A DNA stretch of 31,518 bases. It comes from Anthoceros angustus (lineage: Eukaryota; Plantae; Anthocerotophyta). Within the stretch, counting starts at the first letter, position 1, and the number at the start of each line of letters is the position of its first letter. The position numbers and the translations under genes are program-made. This document shows positions 12,410 through 22,980 of the stretch, piece by piece. The notes below the pieces were generated by a model. It did not search any database, was not told the DNA's origin, and worked only from the letters and a program-made list of their open reading frames with translations. Where the stretch lies: positions 1-31,518 of the forward strand of contig VJWM01000370.1 in assembly GCA_010909165.1 (NCBI GenBank), given 5' to 3'.

Positions 12410-12880
12410 AGTGTGAGGTGAAAGGAGAGACCAAAGGCAGGTTGTTAAGATGGTGAGAGAAGGTGGAGAAGAAAATCACAAACTTAACACCAATCCAATA
12501 AACTTAATGCTAAGCTCTTAATGGTGAGGTGTAAGGTCAACAGACCACTTGCATGTTGTTAAGATGGTGAGAGAAGGTGGAGAAGACTATCACAAACTTA
12601 ACACCAAGCCAACTAACTTAATGAGTGTTCCAAATGGAAAGTGTTACATGAAATTGTAACAAAGGAGTATAAGCGAGTTTGCATAGTATATGTTTGAAAT
12701 CATAAACAATGCTTGTGAGAGAGAGGGTGTACTTAGGAGGGTGAGGTGATGAGGAGAGTCGGGGTTCGTGTTAAGATGGTGACAAAATGAGAAGGGAATA
12801 GTGTCAAACTTAATACCAAGCCTACATAGCTTGTTGCAATTTGGAAGTGTAACATAAAATTGCAACAACGGTATATATAG
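12410..12880. repeat. Three diverged direct repeats
   Basis: Core gttaagatggtgagagaaggtggagaaga..tcacaaacttaacaccaa at ~12441 and ~12555 (114 bp apart, near identical), with a more diverged copy at ~12768. Copies 2 and 3 also share a downstream ggaa(a)gtgt(t/a)acat(g/a)aaattg block. Confidence 0.88.
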
Positions 12881-12989
12881 GCTGCCCTTTTCTAGTAAGT
12901 CTGGCCCTCTTCCATGAGCAGCGCGTTCGGCAGTCAAAGGAGAGTTGTCGATCATCTAGCCAAAACAGCAGACCAGGAGGCGCGCAATT

Positions 12990-13560
12990 ATGGGGCCCAA
13001 GAAGGCGGCGGAGGTCTAGGAACCATGGCGCTTGGTGGAGAGGAACATCGTCACCAAGCGCTACATCAGACCTTGGCTGGAGGAGGCGAAGTGGTGGAGG
13101 GGCCCTTTGGACATCTTCCACGGTTTGGACGTTCGATAGCGTCGCCTTGGTCCGGGAGTACGCTCGGAAGATGTTGGCGGTGGCCAACAAAGAGGTCTGC
13201 TCAAAGTCGGGGAGGACCCGGAGATGGGAGTAGAGGTCTGAGGCGGTCTACAACCGTCCGGCGAGAGGAGGTCGGGGATGTAGTTCCAGGCCCCTTAAGG
13301 TGAAGGGAAGGTGGGCGGCAAGGCGCTCTTGAGGCGAGGGGGCAGTCCTCAAATGGGTGGTTGATGTCGGACTGGACCAGGCGGGTGAGGCGGTGGCAAA
13401 GATCATCGTCCATTGGAACATGCTCACCAAGATGGACCACCTTGGTGACAATTTGCTGGTGTTCCTCCGCCTGAGAGAGGAGAAACCGGCGGGAAGAATC
13501 ATCTTGGGATCAACCGAGGAGGCAGGGGCCAGCGCCCATCGGCGCCTATATGCCGCTTAT
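12990..13560 (+). pseudogene. Second, truncated copy of the unknown TE-associated ORF
   Basis: MGPKKAAEV*EPWRLVERNIVTKRYIRP..VWTFDSVALVREYARKMLAVANKEVCSK..WVVDVGLD..IIVHWNMLTKMDHLGDNLLVFLRLREE. Homologous to 2150-2654 on the opposite strand. A TATATATA lies at ~12872. Confidence 0.55.
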
Positions 13561-14076
13561 CATTCACGTGTGGGGGCACCTTAACTAACAAAATACATAA
13601 TAGGTGCAGATCAATTAATGTATTAATTACATTGTGTATGTTGCATAAAAGAAGAAGAAGTAATAAAAAGTAAGTGACAATTAGACTTAAACTAATTATG
13701 AACAGGTATGACCTTTCACTAATAGACACAACCTTTACGAAGAGGTAAGTAAGCTAATATAATGATATGTACACACTATATATGTGGCTATAACCAAACC
13801 CTAATAATGACTCAACACTCTATCTCCATTACTCCCACTTGTTGATCATTCATGCAACGATCTTCTTCTTATGTGGCTTGGAGGAGGTTTTGTGAATTCC
13901 GCGTCCCGTGTGTGTACTAGTGTCACGCCCGGCAACCAGCCTTTTTAAGAGCGCGATGGAACGCCTCTGTGTGAGGACGGCTACCTGCAGGTGCGCTATT
14001 TTGATGATAGCTTACCTTTACGCCTTGAGCTTCGTCATTGGCAAAATTCTGGAGCGCAAAATCAAATTCCTAGCGA

Positions 14077-14657
14077 TGTCTTCTTCAGATTCTGATGATG
14101 GCCGTTCTCTGCTGAAGCCGTGATACACGGTAATGACTCCTAGGCGCTTACCTGTTAATTTCGCCACCCCTCACGGTGTGGACAGAGAGAATCCTATTGT
14201 ACCTTGGGACGAGGAGGTGCCTGGCGGGCGCCTAAGAGGGAGGCCAAGAGGCACGACAAGGGCTTTCCTGGAACATAGGCGGTGGCACTTGGCTGCCGAC
14301 CTCGCACACTCCCTGCATTTCTCACCACGAAAACCAGCATGGGGCCCGTCACGGCATCACCAAGAACTCCCCTTCTCCAATGCTTCAATAGATCGAAACA
14401 GGTATTCATATGGTGAATTTGAGTACGAAAATGCTGACTACCCCCCATCAGTGCCGCCCAAGTTTCCTACACCCGATCATGTAGACTTCGAAACCAAGAT
14501 TGTTAGCCTAGGCACCTTGAGAGTGCCCTGTAGTCCACTATGGTACAAGTGCGTGTACACCAGGCTGAGGATGGTGAGGGTGAAGGTTGAACACTGCTAC
14601 GAGTATGAGGGGCACGTCGTCAGTTATTACAGTAAGTACTTAAGCATCAGATTGTAG
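14077..14657 (+). other. Unidentified ORF (MSSSDSDD...) with one in-frame TGA at 14121, probably TE-derived
   Basis: ORFs 13908-14123 and 14133-14657 are in the same frame, separated only by the TGA and three codons. No recognisable domain. Confidence 0.3.
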
Positions 14658-14925
14658 CTTCTTGAAGCTCTGACTGTTTGTATCCCCCTGCTGATTGTCA
14701 TGTACTTTACACCTGCTAATCGCTCCCACTTGCTGCTCACAGGGTCTGAACAAAGAATCGAGGAGGAACGCAGCATAGAGACTAAGGAGCGCATATCCTA
14801 TGGAGAGAGGAAGAGGAGGGATTCCCCCAAGTCTGGAGAGACCTTCACATCTGAATCTGTTGGCCTTGCATCTTGGGAACGGATTTCTACCTCAAGTGGG
14901 TCTGCAAGCCGTAGGTCTTTGAAGA

Positions 14926-14937
14926 CTCCTCCCTCAA
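14926..14937 (-). promoter_or_regulatory. Copia polypurine tract (PPT)
   Basis: Minus strand TTGAGGGAGGAG about 55 nt after the RNase H stop, followed by TCTT (expected TGTT LTR start with one substitution). Confidence 0.6.
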
Positions 14938-14992
14938 GCGCTGAAGATACTGAAGATGACAGCAATGACTGGAGATGCACCTAGCTGCTAGG

Positions 14993-15583
14993 CTAGGGTT
15001 TAGGTGGGGCTAGTGGGGAAGTCAGGTGGCTCCCCATGCCCAGACTCTTGATGTGCCTTTCGTGAAGCTCTCTTCCAAGAGCCTTAGTGAAAATATCTGC
15101 TGGATTGTCTGTTGTTGGCACGTATTCGAGAGTAATCTGTCCAGCCTTTATCAAGTCCCTGATGTAATGATATTCCACCTCAACGTGTTTAGTCCTTGAG
15201 TGGAATACTGGATTTTTGGCTAGACTCATTGACCCCTGATTATCCGGTTTTGATCGTAGCGAGTTGGAGTGGCAACCTAGTTCCTTTGAAGAGAAGCTTG
15301 CACCGGAGCAACTTCTGGCAGTAGCAGAAGTACCTTGTACTCGCCTCGTGCTTGGGTTATGGGTTGCTTTGCTTGGACTAGCAGTCCACACTACCATCAC
15401 AACATAATCAGAAATTGGCTTTCTACTATCCACATCACCTGCGTAATCCAAATCTGTGTAAACGTCAAGGTCGAGTGGCACACCAGGTTGGTGTTTGTAG
15501 ATGAGTCCCATATGTGCCGTTCCTTTGAGGTATCGAAATATCCTTTTAATGCTTGTCCAGTGTTCTTGTCCTGGATTTTCAAG
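14993..15583 (-). pseudogene. Copia RT C-terminal end plus RNase H
   Basis: [80 protein letters not shown], typical of Ty1 RNase H; frameshifted in the middle. Confidence 0.93.
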
Positions 15584-15584
15584 T

Positions 15585-16261
15585 GACTATGACTATGGAA
15601 ATGTTTGATGTCAAGACAGCGTTCTTACATGGCAAACTAGATACAGAGATCTATATGCAACAACCACCAGGATATGAGGTTAAGGGTTTAAAGAGGATCA
15701 TGTCTTACGTTTAATCAAAACCTTATATGGACTGAAACAGTCCGCTCTTGAGTGGAATGCAGTCTTAGATGAGGAATTACGAGCACTAGGTTTCGTCAAG
15801 TGTACCTCTGATGGAAGCCTTTATGTCTACAGAACTGGTGACATAGTATGTTACTTGGCAGTATACGTAGACGATCTTATACTCGCCTGTAATAGTCCTT
15901 CCTTCATCACCAAAATAAACGGCCTGCTAGCCACCAAGTTTGAGATGTCAAACCTCGGACCTCTACAAAGCTGTCTGGGCATTCTCATTCAAAGGGATAG
16001 AAAGAAGAGAATTATTTCTCTTACCCAGCCTAGATATCTTCTTGAGAGTGCTGAGCAGCTGGGACTCAAAGATGCCAAGCCTGTATCGACCCCACTACCA
16101 TGTGGACTTAAGCTCAGCAAATCTATGAGCCCCCAAACACAGACAGAGAAGGACCAGATGTGTTCAGTCCCTTACCGTCAGGGTGTTGGAAAGCTGATAT
16201 ATGCAGCCAATACCACTCGACCAGAAGTCGCCTTTCCTACCAGTGTGCTTTCACAGTACTT
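15585..16261 (+). pseudogene. Copia RT core (RVT_2), inverted relative to the rest of the element
   Basis: [67 protein letters not shown] on the plus strand, with a frameshift near 15690. Confidence 0.93.
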
Positions 16262-16512
16262 CAGTCTGAATATGATTCTTTGATAAGAAATGGCACTTGG
16301 GAACTTGCAAAGTTACCTCCTGGACGAAAGATGGTATCTTGCAAGTGGGTGTTCAAACTGAAGGTTAAAGCTGATGGTACCTTCGACCGATACAAAGCTC
16401 GTCTTGTAGCTCGAGGTTTTTCCCAAGTACCAGGTTTGGACTATCTTGAAAGATACGCTCCTGTCGTGAAGCTTGCCACCATTCGTACTATCTGTGCAGT
16501 GGCAGCACTCAT
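16262..16512 (+). pseudogene. Copia RT N-terminal segment, separately inverted
   Basis: [75 protein letters not shown] on the plus strand, lying downstream of the RT core it should precede. Confidence 0.93.
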
Positions 16513-16888
16513 TTGCATGAGCCTGTGCTGCTGGATGCCTGAAGTCATGTAACTGATAATAATCAGGAGCCCATCTTTCCCTTGCAGGATAACGGCGTTC
16601 AGGTAAAGGAGGCTGGTCAGGCTGTAGGTCTGCTTCACCATCACTGTCCAGAGGGACTGCAAGATCACCATCATCATCAGCAATTGCATCATCATCTGGA
16701 TCAAGGTCAAGTGGATCGGGTAAGAGGTCTAGTTGTGCAATGTCGTGAGGAGGTTACAGCTGCACAACATCAAAATCGGCTACTGCGGCCTGCTCAACAT
16801 TTTGCTATTGTACTTCCCCAGCAAGCTCCTCAGGAATGGAGTCAGGAAAAACAGTGATGTTAGGGAGGGCAGAAAAGTCAATTTCCTC

Positions 16889-17830
16889 CTATGAGGTGGG
16901 AGGAGCTCCCACTGGCGTCAAAGTACGCCCTTCATCGAAGGTTACACTGCGTGCATAAATCACCTTATTCTGAGGAACGTCATATAGCTTATAGGCTTTG
17001 ATGCCCTCAGTATATCCTATCATGAGAAATCTTTTGGCCTTTGCAGCTAACTTCATCCGCTTCTCCTTTGGAATGAAGGCATAGGCGATACAACCAAAAG
17101 TTCGAAGATGGAGAATAGCGGGCTTTCTGCCAAAGAAGGCCTCATAGGGGGTTTGTCCGGCAACGGCAGTGGTAGGTAGCCTGTTTCTCAAGTAAACTGA
17201 TGTCATAAGGGCCTCAGCCCAATAAGGAAGTGGCAATGAAGCTTGAGAAAGCAAAGAAGATATCATCTCCTGTAATATGAGGTTCAAGCGTTCAGCGACA
17301 CCATTCTGCTGTGGTGTATAGATGACGGTAAGTTGTCGCCCAATGCCCTCATCTGCACAATAGGCCTGAAATTCGTTAAAGGTGAATTCACCACCATTGT
17401 CAGATCGTAGGGTCTTCAACTGTTTTCCAGTCCATCTCTCTGTGTATTTCATGTAGTCCTTGAACAGGCAGAAGCATTCACTCTTGGCTTTCAAGATGTA
17501 AGCCATAACAAATCGTGTCTTGTCATCGGTGAATGTAAGGAAGTATCTGCCACCGCCAAAGCTGTGACAGTGGACCACAGATGTCAGTGTGGACGAGCTC
17601 AAGAACATCGGAAGCTCGGTGAGGAGTCTTGTTCTTGAAGGCTGCTTGGTGGCGTTTGGACAACACACAGGCTTCACACAGTGGTAAGGGTGGCAAAGTG
17701 CCAATTTTTCCATCACTGTACAGGTCACTAGTTGCTAGCTTCTGTAGCTTAGAACTGTGAGGGTGACCTAAGCGTGCATGCCATAACTTAGCCTTCTCCA
17801 CTTGTTTTGTAGAGGCTACTGAAGACTGAG
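16889..17830 (-). pseudogene. Copia integrase (GAG-pre-integrase HHCC, rve core, C-terminal region)
   Basis: LWHARLGH..CEACV zinc-binding motif; DDE triad in VHTDICG, RSDNGGEF and QNGVAER; HLRTFGCIAY..IGY..KAYKLYD..RSVTFDE. Frameshift near 17570. Confidence 0.93.
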
Positions 17831-18039
17831 AAGCTAAGTGTGTTTGGGCAATGCCACTGTGTCTGTGCAAATGGAATAGATCAAGATCAGATGATCCATA
17901 AGCTAAGACCTTGCGGTGATCGAATGCATCTATAACCTGACATTCTGTTGGAGTGAATAGTATATGACTATTATTGTCCAAGTTAAGCTTTCCGACAGAA
18001 ATGAGATTTCTTGTCATCTCAGGGACGTAGTACACATCT

Positions 18040-18230
18040 GTGAGAGACAGTGTGATCCTGAAGGGACAGGAAGACTCACCGTGCCTATGCCAGGAGACAC
18101 GAGTGATCTATCGTCGCCCAGGTAAACAAACTGATCTTTTACTGGCTTATATCTGACGAATGCATTTCTATCAAAGCATATGTGCGCTGTTGCACCTGTG
18201 TCTAAGTACCATTCACGTAATGGCCTGACA
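18040..18230 (-). pseudogene. Copia aspartic protease
   Basis: EWYLDTGATAHIC motif followed by VYLGDD..GIGTV. Confidence 0.88.
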
Positions 18231-18329
18231 TCTGTCTTTGCTGATAGACAGGTGGGAAGGAAAGAAGGACGTGCAAACTCCCTGGTCCCTACCGTTAGGG
18301 CTGAAGGAGGAGATTGCTTTTTCACCACT

Positions 18330-19261
18330 AAGTGTGTCTCAGAAGTGGAATTGCCCTCCTTGCGAGGTATTCCGGCCTGCAGCTTCTTCCGAAATTTCCC
18401 AATGGCCTGGAATTTGGCACCAGTTGCATTTTCCATTCTTCTTGGGTTTCTTCTATGATGGAGCTCGCTGTGAGCTACCAGCACCTGAGGTATTAGGTTC
18501 CGCTTCCAAGAAGGTGAGAGTTGGTCGCCCTTCACTTGTTCTCCAGAAGGAAGAGTTGAACGAACTACCTCTGAAGTTAGGCTTTCCGCCTTTACCTTGC
18601 TGCTTGCCAGCACGCCTATTGGGTCCTCTTGTAGCTTCTTCCTGAAGAAGAGCTCCCACTAACTCAGCAAATGTTGTGCCAGGAAGATCAACTTTCGCTG
18701 CCTTTGCAAGTTTCTCAGCCTGAAGCTGAGAAGCATTATAAGAGGTCACAAAATGTGACCAGGAGTCTGGGAGAGAGATCATGAAATATAGTGTAAGCAT
18801 ATCATCCTTGACAGTTTCATTAGTGGCACTCTCCAGCTTGGAGACAAGTGTCCTGAAATGGCCAACGCGCTTTTCGACTGATTCACCATCTCTCATTTTG
18901 CAGTTCTGAATATTTCGGAGAGCGGCCATCTGGCTAATAGTATTACTGCCAGAGTAAAGATCCTGAAAACGAGACCAGATGTCGGCTGAAGTGGAGCAAC
19001 CACAGGTCTGCCTTAGCATATCGGAGGTCAAGCCACTCCAGATCAGGTACATGGCAGCTTGATCCTTGGTGTGCCATGCCTCCTGTAATATCTTTTCGGC
19101 AGTTGTGGGGTCTTTGGATGAATCGTGGGCAGGGAATTTATCCTCCCCTAGAGCTTTTTTCCAAACCTTCTTATTTTGTAATGCTCCCCACATGCGCATA
19201 ACCCAGATATCATAGTCACTTTAAAACCATCCCCACCCATATTAGATGAAGGGTCAGCCAT
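18330..19261 (-). pseudogene. Copia gag (Retrotran_gag_2/UBN2-like) with damaged CCHC zinc knuckle
   Basis: ATG at 19261, frameshift to DYDIWVMRMWGAL..W..D..A..LIW..IWSRFQDLY..MISLPDSW. In-frame TAG at 18453, then KCNWCQIPGHW with the final Cys lost. Confidence 0.88.
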
Positions 19262-19419
19262 TGTAGGAGGATTTTGTCAGTCCTGCCTAGTGTTTGAAGG
19301 CTAATATGCCTGTTTGACCTAACCTATGCAGGTAAGAAACAAGGCAATTGGTTTTAAGGACGGGGGCACCTAAGATGCTGCGAAAGTATCAAAGGTGGGC
19401 TGCACAGTGCAGCCGGTTG

Positions 19420-20157
19420 TCACAAGGGATAAGCAGGGTTAGCAAGTCTGTAAAAACCCTGAGGTATAGCAGTCTGCTGTGTTTCCTTTTGCGAGATTTT
19501 CTCCCTTCTCTGTTCCCATCTGTTATAAGCGTATGTAGCACAAGATGGACACGAGTTAGGAGTTTCAAATTTATTAGTACCCCTTGTCCTCTGCGCACCT
19601 TTTTGGGCTGTTGCTCGAAATTGTGGATTTCGCAGCACTTCAGGCTTTATCAAGGTGAGCAATTTGTAATCCACATGAGAGATCTTCTCTCTCAATTCCT
19701 GTATGTCTACGCCTATAGATGCTATGCTCCTATTCAGGTTTGTATAGCATCTATCCACATTCTGTGCAAGTGCCTCGATTCTGTTTACTAACGTGCTGAC
19801 TGAGATTTGTGGTGCAGCATGTGTGGTTAGAAAACCTCGAGGCTGGCCATTTCCGTCAAAAGCGCGCTGGACGCGAATCTCAGGAAGGTTGTGTGGATTT
19901 ATGGGTGGAGGCGCGAAGACTAGCTGTGGCGCCTCTTCACGAAAAAGGGCTTCAACAATCGAGTTGAAGGATTCTTGCAATTCTGAGAATTGTGCAGGAT
20001 GTGTTTGTTCTCTTACAGCCCATTCGTAAATGTGTCGATGAAGCTGTTCAGCGAACATTAGCCTGTTTTGTCCCCGTCGTGGAACCTGTCTTTGTACGAT
20101 GCGCTCTACACAGTTAGGCTCCCACTGCCTGGCATAATCTTCTGCCATTTGTGACAA
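19420..20157 (-). CDS. Orphan 245-aa ORF with a predicted coiled coil
   Basis: Uninterrupted reading frame with protein-like composition; heptad-like segment LVNRIEALAQNVDRCYTNLNRSIASIGVDIQELREKISHVDYKL; AT-rich leader upstream. No family recognised. Confidence 0.5.
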   Translation of the reverse strand: MSQMAEDYARQWEPNCVERIVQRQVPRRGQNRLMFAEQLHRHIYEWAVREQTHPAQFSELQESFNSIVEALFREEAPQLVFAPPPINPHNLPEIRVQRAFDGNGQPRGFLTTHAAPQISVSTLVNRIEALAQNVDRCYTNLNRSIASIGVDIQELREKISHVDYKLLTLIKPEVLRNPQFRATAQKGAQRTRGTNKFETPNSCPSCATYAYNRWEQRREKISQKETQQTAIPQGFYRLANPAYPL

Positions 20158-20950
20158 TTCTTGTAATTGCTTGTAGAATGCATCTCAGATGCATTCTGTA
20201 ATTTCTTATATGAATTTCTATATAAACAAATTGCCAATTCTGGTGTTTGGATTGGACTGCTGGTCGAGTGAACAGCGTAAGGCAGAGACAGCCGGTTTGG
20301 ATATGCTAACCCCGGTCGCACTGCCGGTTAAACCACCCTGGTCCAGTTAACACAAAAATTGTGAATGGACGAATGAACACAGCCTAATTGCGTCCAGGAC
20401 CCCAGGCCACAACTTGACTGCAAGTTGTTCCGTTTCTTGGTTGAGCTTAAGAATCAGCTGCCTGAAGTTGCAAACTCCGCGCCTTCTCTTCTCCACGAGG
20501 AGTACAGGAGGCGCAAATGTGGACCGGCAACCGGCTCCAGGGTGAGAGTGCGGACTAGGGTGTGATTTGTGCTTGCTGCGGTGTTGTGATGGGATCAGTC
20601 GACCGCGTTGGAGCTGAGCGCCAAGGTTTCAACAACATTACATGCTGTACCGTGCCTTCGATGAATGGTGAAGGATACATTTCAAATGAAGCTTACAGAT
20701 CGCCTAGCATTCTGTTTGAAATATCAAACTCGATCAAATTAGCTTCTCGCACGGGCTTCAATATGTATGTACATGCACTACTACCTACACAAGCTGTGGT
20801 TGGTAGCATACAAGAAATTAGCTGTGTGCACTTCTACATTACAGTCATGATCTTACCTTGTCAGGACCGAGCTACAGTTGCTACTGTTACACTTTATCGG
20901 GACAACGTTGCTTTCACCCTTCCTGGTGAGGGGATCCTGCTGCCACCTGC

Positions 20951-21612
20951 TTACAAGGACCTGTTGACGAGGTTGGAGGATCTGCTCATGAGGGCATAGG
21001 TCTGATGGGCACTCTCCTGGATGTCTTGGAAATTGTCCTCCAACTGAACATTAGACAGGCTGACCTTGTGTGCTCCACCACCAGCTTCGGCCATCCGTTT
21101 CAGAATCTCAGTATTTGATGTCCCAAAACTCACGGTGTAGAAGCTCATTGTAGGCACGTTCTCCTTCAGTCTTTTCACAGCTTCCACGGGATCTCCACCT
21201 TCTTCACTCTGACCATCACTGAGAAAGATGACTGTAGTGCTCTCCCTCGTCATCCTTGCATCAGTCTTATTGATCAGTCTCTGTACCCCATTCACCGCGT
21301 TCTCGAAGTTTGTCCCAGCTTCTGGATGTTGACTTAGCAATCGGCTCTTCAACTTCCGGTAGAATCCCAGGTTCAGGTGCTCATGGGCATCGAGAAGCTT
21401 GATCTTCAGCGAGAAGAGGATGACTGAGATGTAGTCCACTACAGTGTAGCTGGTGGTATCCTCGGCCTCCAGAGCACGGTTACTTAGAAACTTCAGCAGA
21501 GCTTCAAAGACACAGCCTAGCCGGTTGTTGTGATGCCGGGCAAAGGCATAAACTCTGGCCTGATATCTTGCTTTGCCATGGACCGGGACCTGTCTATGAC
21601 AAATATCATATG
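20951..21612 (-). other. von Willebrand factor A (VWA) domain
   Basis: MIDAS DxSxS in HMIFVIDRSRSM, T in GTNF, D in VIFLSDG, plus FYTVSFG and LKRMAE..GG. One frameshift near 21541. Confidence 0.9.
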
Positions 21613-22139
21613 GTTGTACACTAGCTCATGCTGACAGCTGAAGTAGTGGCCATCGGTGCTCACATATCCCGTGGGATCAGGCGACATGTCAACCCGCTCA
21701 TGCCACTGTCTGAGTTTGCAATAAGATCTGCGGCCGTTGGCATACGCATGGAAGAGCTGAGAATCAAACTCTCCAGAAAAGGAGTTGTCATTACCGTGGT
21801 CTTCTGATGACGGGCAATAGTGGTTACAGCCAGCAAAATATTGTTGCTCCCTTGCATTGTAAGGATCCTTGAATCCCATCTGCTCGAAAAAGGCGGCATG
21901 CGTAAGCTCGTCCTTGGGAACATCGAAATTTGGGCCATATCTCCTTGTTTCGTGCCTTGCTCCATCAAAGAGTTTAGCTGCACAGACACCACCAGTTTGC
22001 CCACATGGAATCAAGTGTATGTGACCACGGCCTTGTTTTCGGCAGTACATGCTGCACAATTCTGCCATGCCTGATTCGCCCCAAGAATACTTCCTATCCA
22101 TTACATCGATATCCTCCTCCTCCGCAACGAAGCTCATTT

Positions 22140-22980
22140 CTCGCATGTTGCCATGGGTGGTGTCATGAAGTCCTGGGTGCCCCATTGGCAATCTGCAGAA
22201 GTAGCCGCATGAGCCACATTTGGCGTCACATAAGTGCACAACCGAGAGATTTGAGGAGTGACAATGCGATCCCTCGTGAGATCTCTGGAATGCTGGAATC
22301 ATCACGGAACACTTCTTTCTGACCCCATATTGCTGGGCAACAGTTTCATACTGAAATTCTGATCGCAAGCCGTGAAAGGTATTGTCATCCCTCAATCTCG
22401 TCACCTCTGTCTCCACGTCACAGTTGCCTGCCACTTCACAAAGCTCTGGGCATGGATGCTCATTGCCACAAAGGTGATCAGCATCTGGTTGCATAGAATG
22501 GAAGTGATCCGACGAACACTTATAATTGCAGCCCGAAACAACACAGCTTTCCAAGCATCGTTTTTCATCACAAGCATGCTTATGCTCCCGAATTTCTTGG
22601 GGTGGGCAGCCTTCCATAGAAAAGGAACAGGAGTTCATACACGAAGTCAGTGAACATGGCTCCCGACAGAGGTGGCGCACAGAATTACACCTGTGCTCAC
22701 CTTTGTGCCCTGGTCTCGCAGCACATTTGCTGTTGCAGCCAAGTGTGCGGGCATCAAACACACAAGCATGCCTACACTCATGTTGCTTTGTGTTACAGTC
22801 ATGGAAGCCTGTATGCCCTGCCACATCACTACAACCCCGAATATCAGTGCCCGCAGCCCCATCTGCTCCACAATAGGTACATTTCTGTAGGCATTTGTGG
22901 TTTCCTTGACAAGAGTGACTGGCTGCATGCGATTTCCTCATTATGCACTTCAAGAAACAACGCTCACATTTTGCTCCACA
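22140..22980 (-). other. Cys/His-rich repeat array (about 7 units, NF-X1-zinc-finger-like)
   Basis: Recurrent C-x3-C..(G)H-x2-3-H-x-C..H-x-C-x3-C units, e.g. CNSKCAARPGHKGEHRCNSVRHLCREPC and CGYFCRLPMGHPGLHDTTH. Confidence 0.8.

Larger units (their letters stand above)
14650..19261 (-). mobile_element. Ty1/copia LTR retrotransposon, decayed and internally rearranged
   Basis: gag-PR-INT-RT-RNaseH order on the minus strand, polypurine tract, and a probable 3' LTR below 14925 whose outer boundary is uncertain. No 5' LTR matching the 3' LTR is visible. Confidence 0.92.

Noticed and set aside
12410-12880. Repeat-spacer pattern as a possible CRISPR array
   Set aside because: Only three long, diverged units with irregular spacing, in eukaryotic TE context, with no cas genes.
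13572-13581. gggggcacct shared with ~19362, as possible TSD or LTR ends around the copia
   Set aside because: Only 10 bp match, not at demonstrable element boundaries, and longer than a copia TSD.
13895-13921. CTAG|T resembling a Helitron 3' end
   Set aside because: No GC-rich hairpin at the expected distance and no RepHel sequence in the window.
14993-15003. Isolated TTAGGG/AAACCCTA-like words here and at ~3955, ~13795 and ~30898
   Set aside because: Single motifs, not arrays; no evidence of interstitial telomeric repeats.
20440-20634. STFAPPVLLVEK..CNFRQL resembling a gypsy RT motif, or alternatively a 117-bp TGTTG...CCACA mini-LTR with TTTGCGCC PBS
   Set aside because: Both readings are short and mutually exclusive, and neither continues into recognisable RT or has a second LTR.
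20562-20999. 145-aa plus-strand ORF
   Set aside because: Overlaps the VWA gene's stop and probable 3' UTR on the antisense strand; no recognisable motif.
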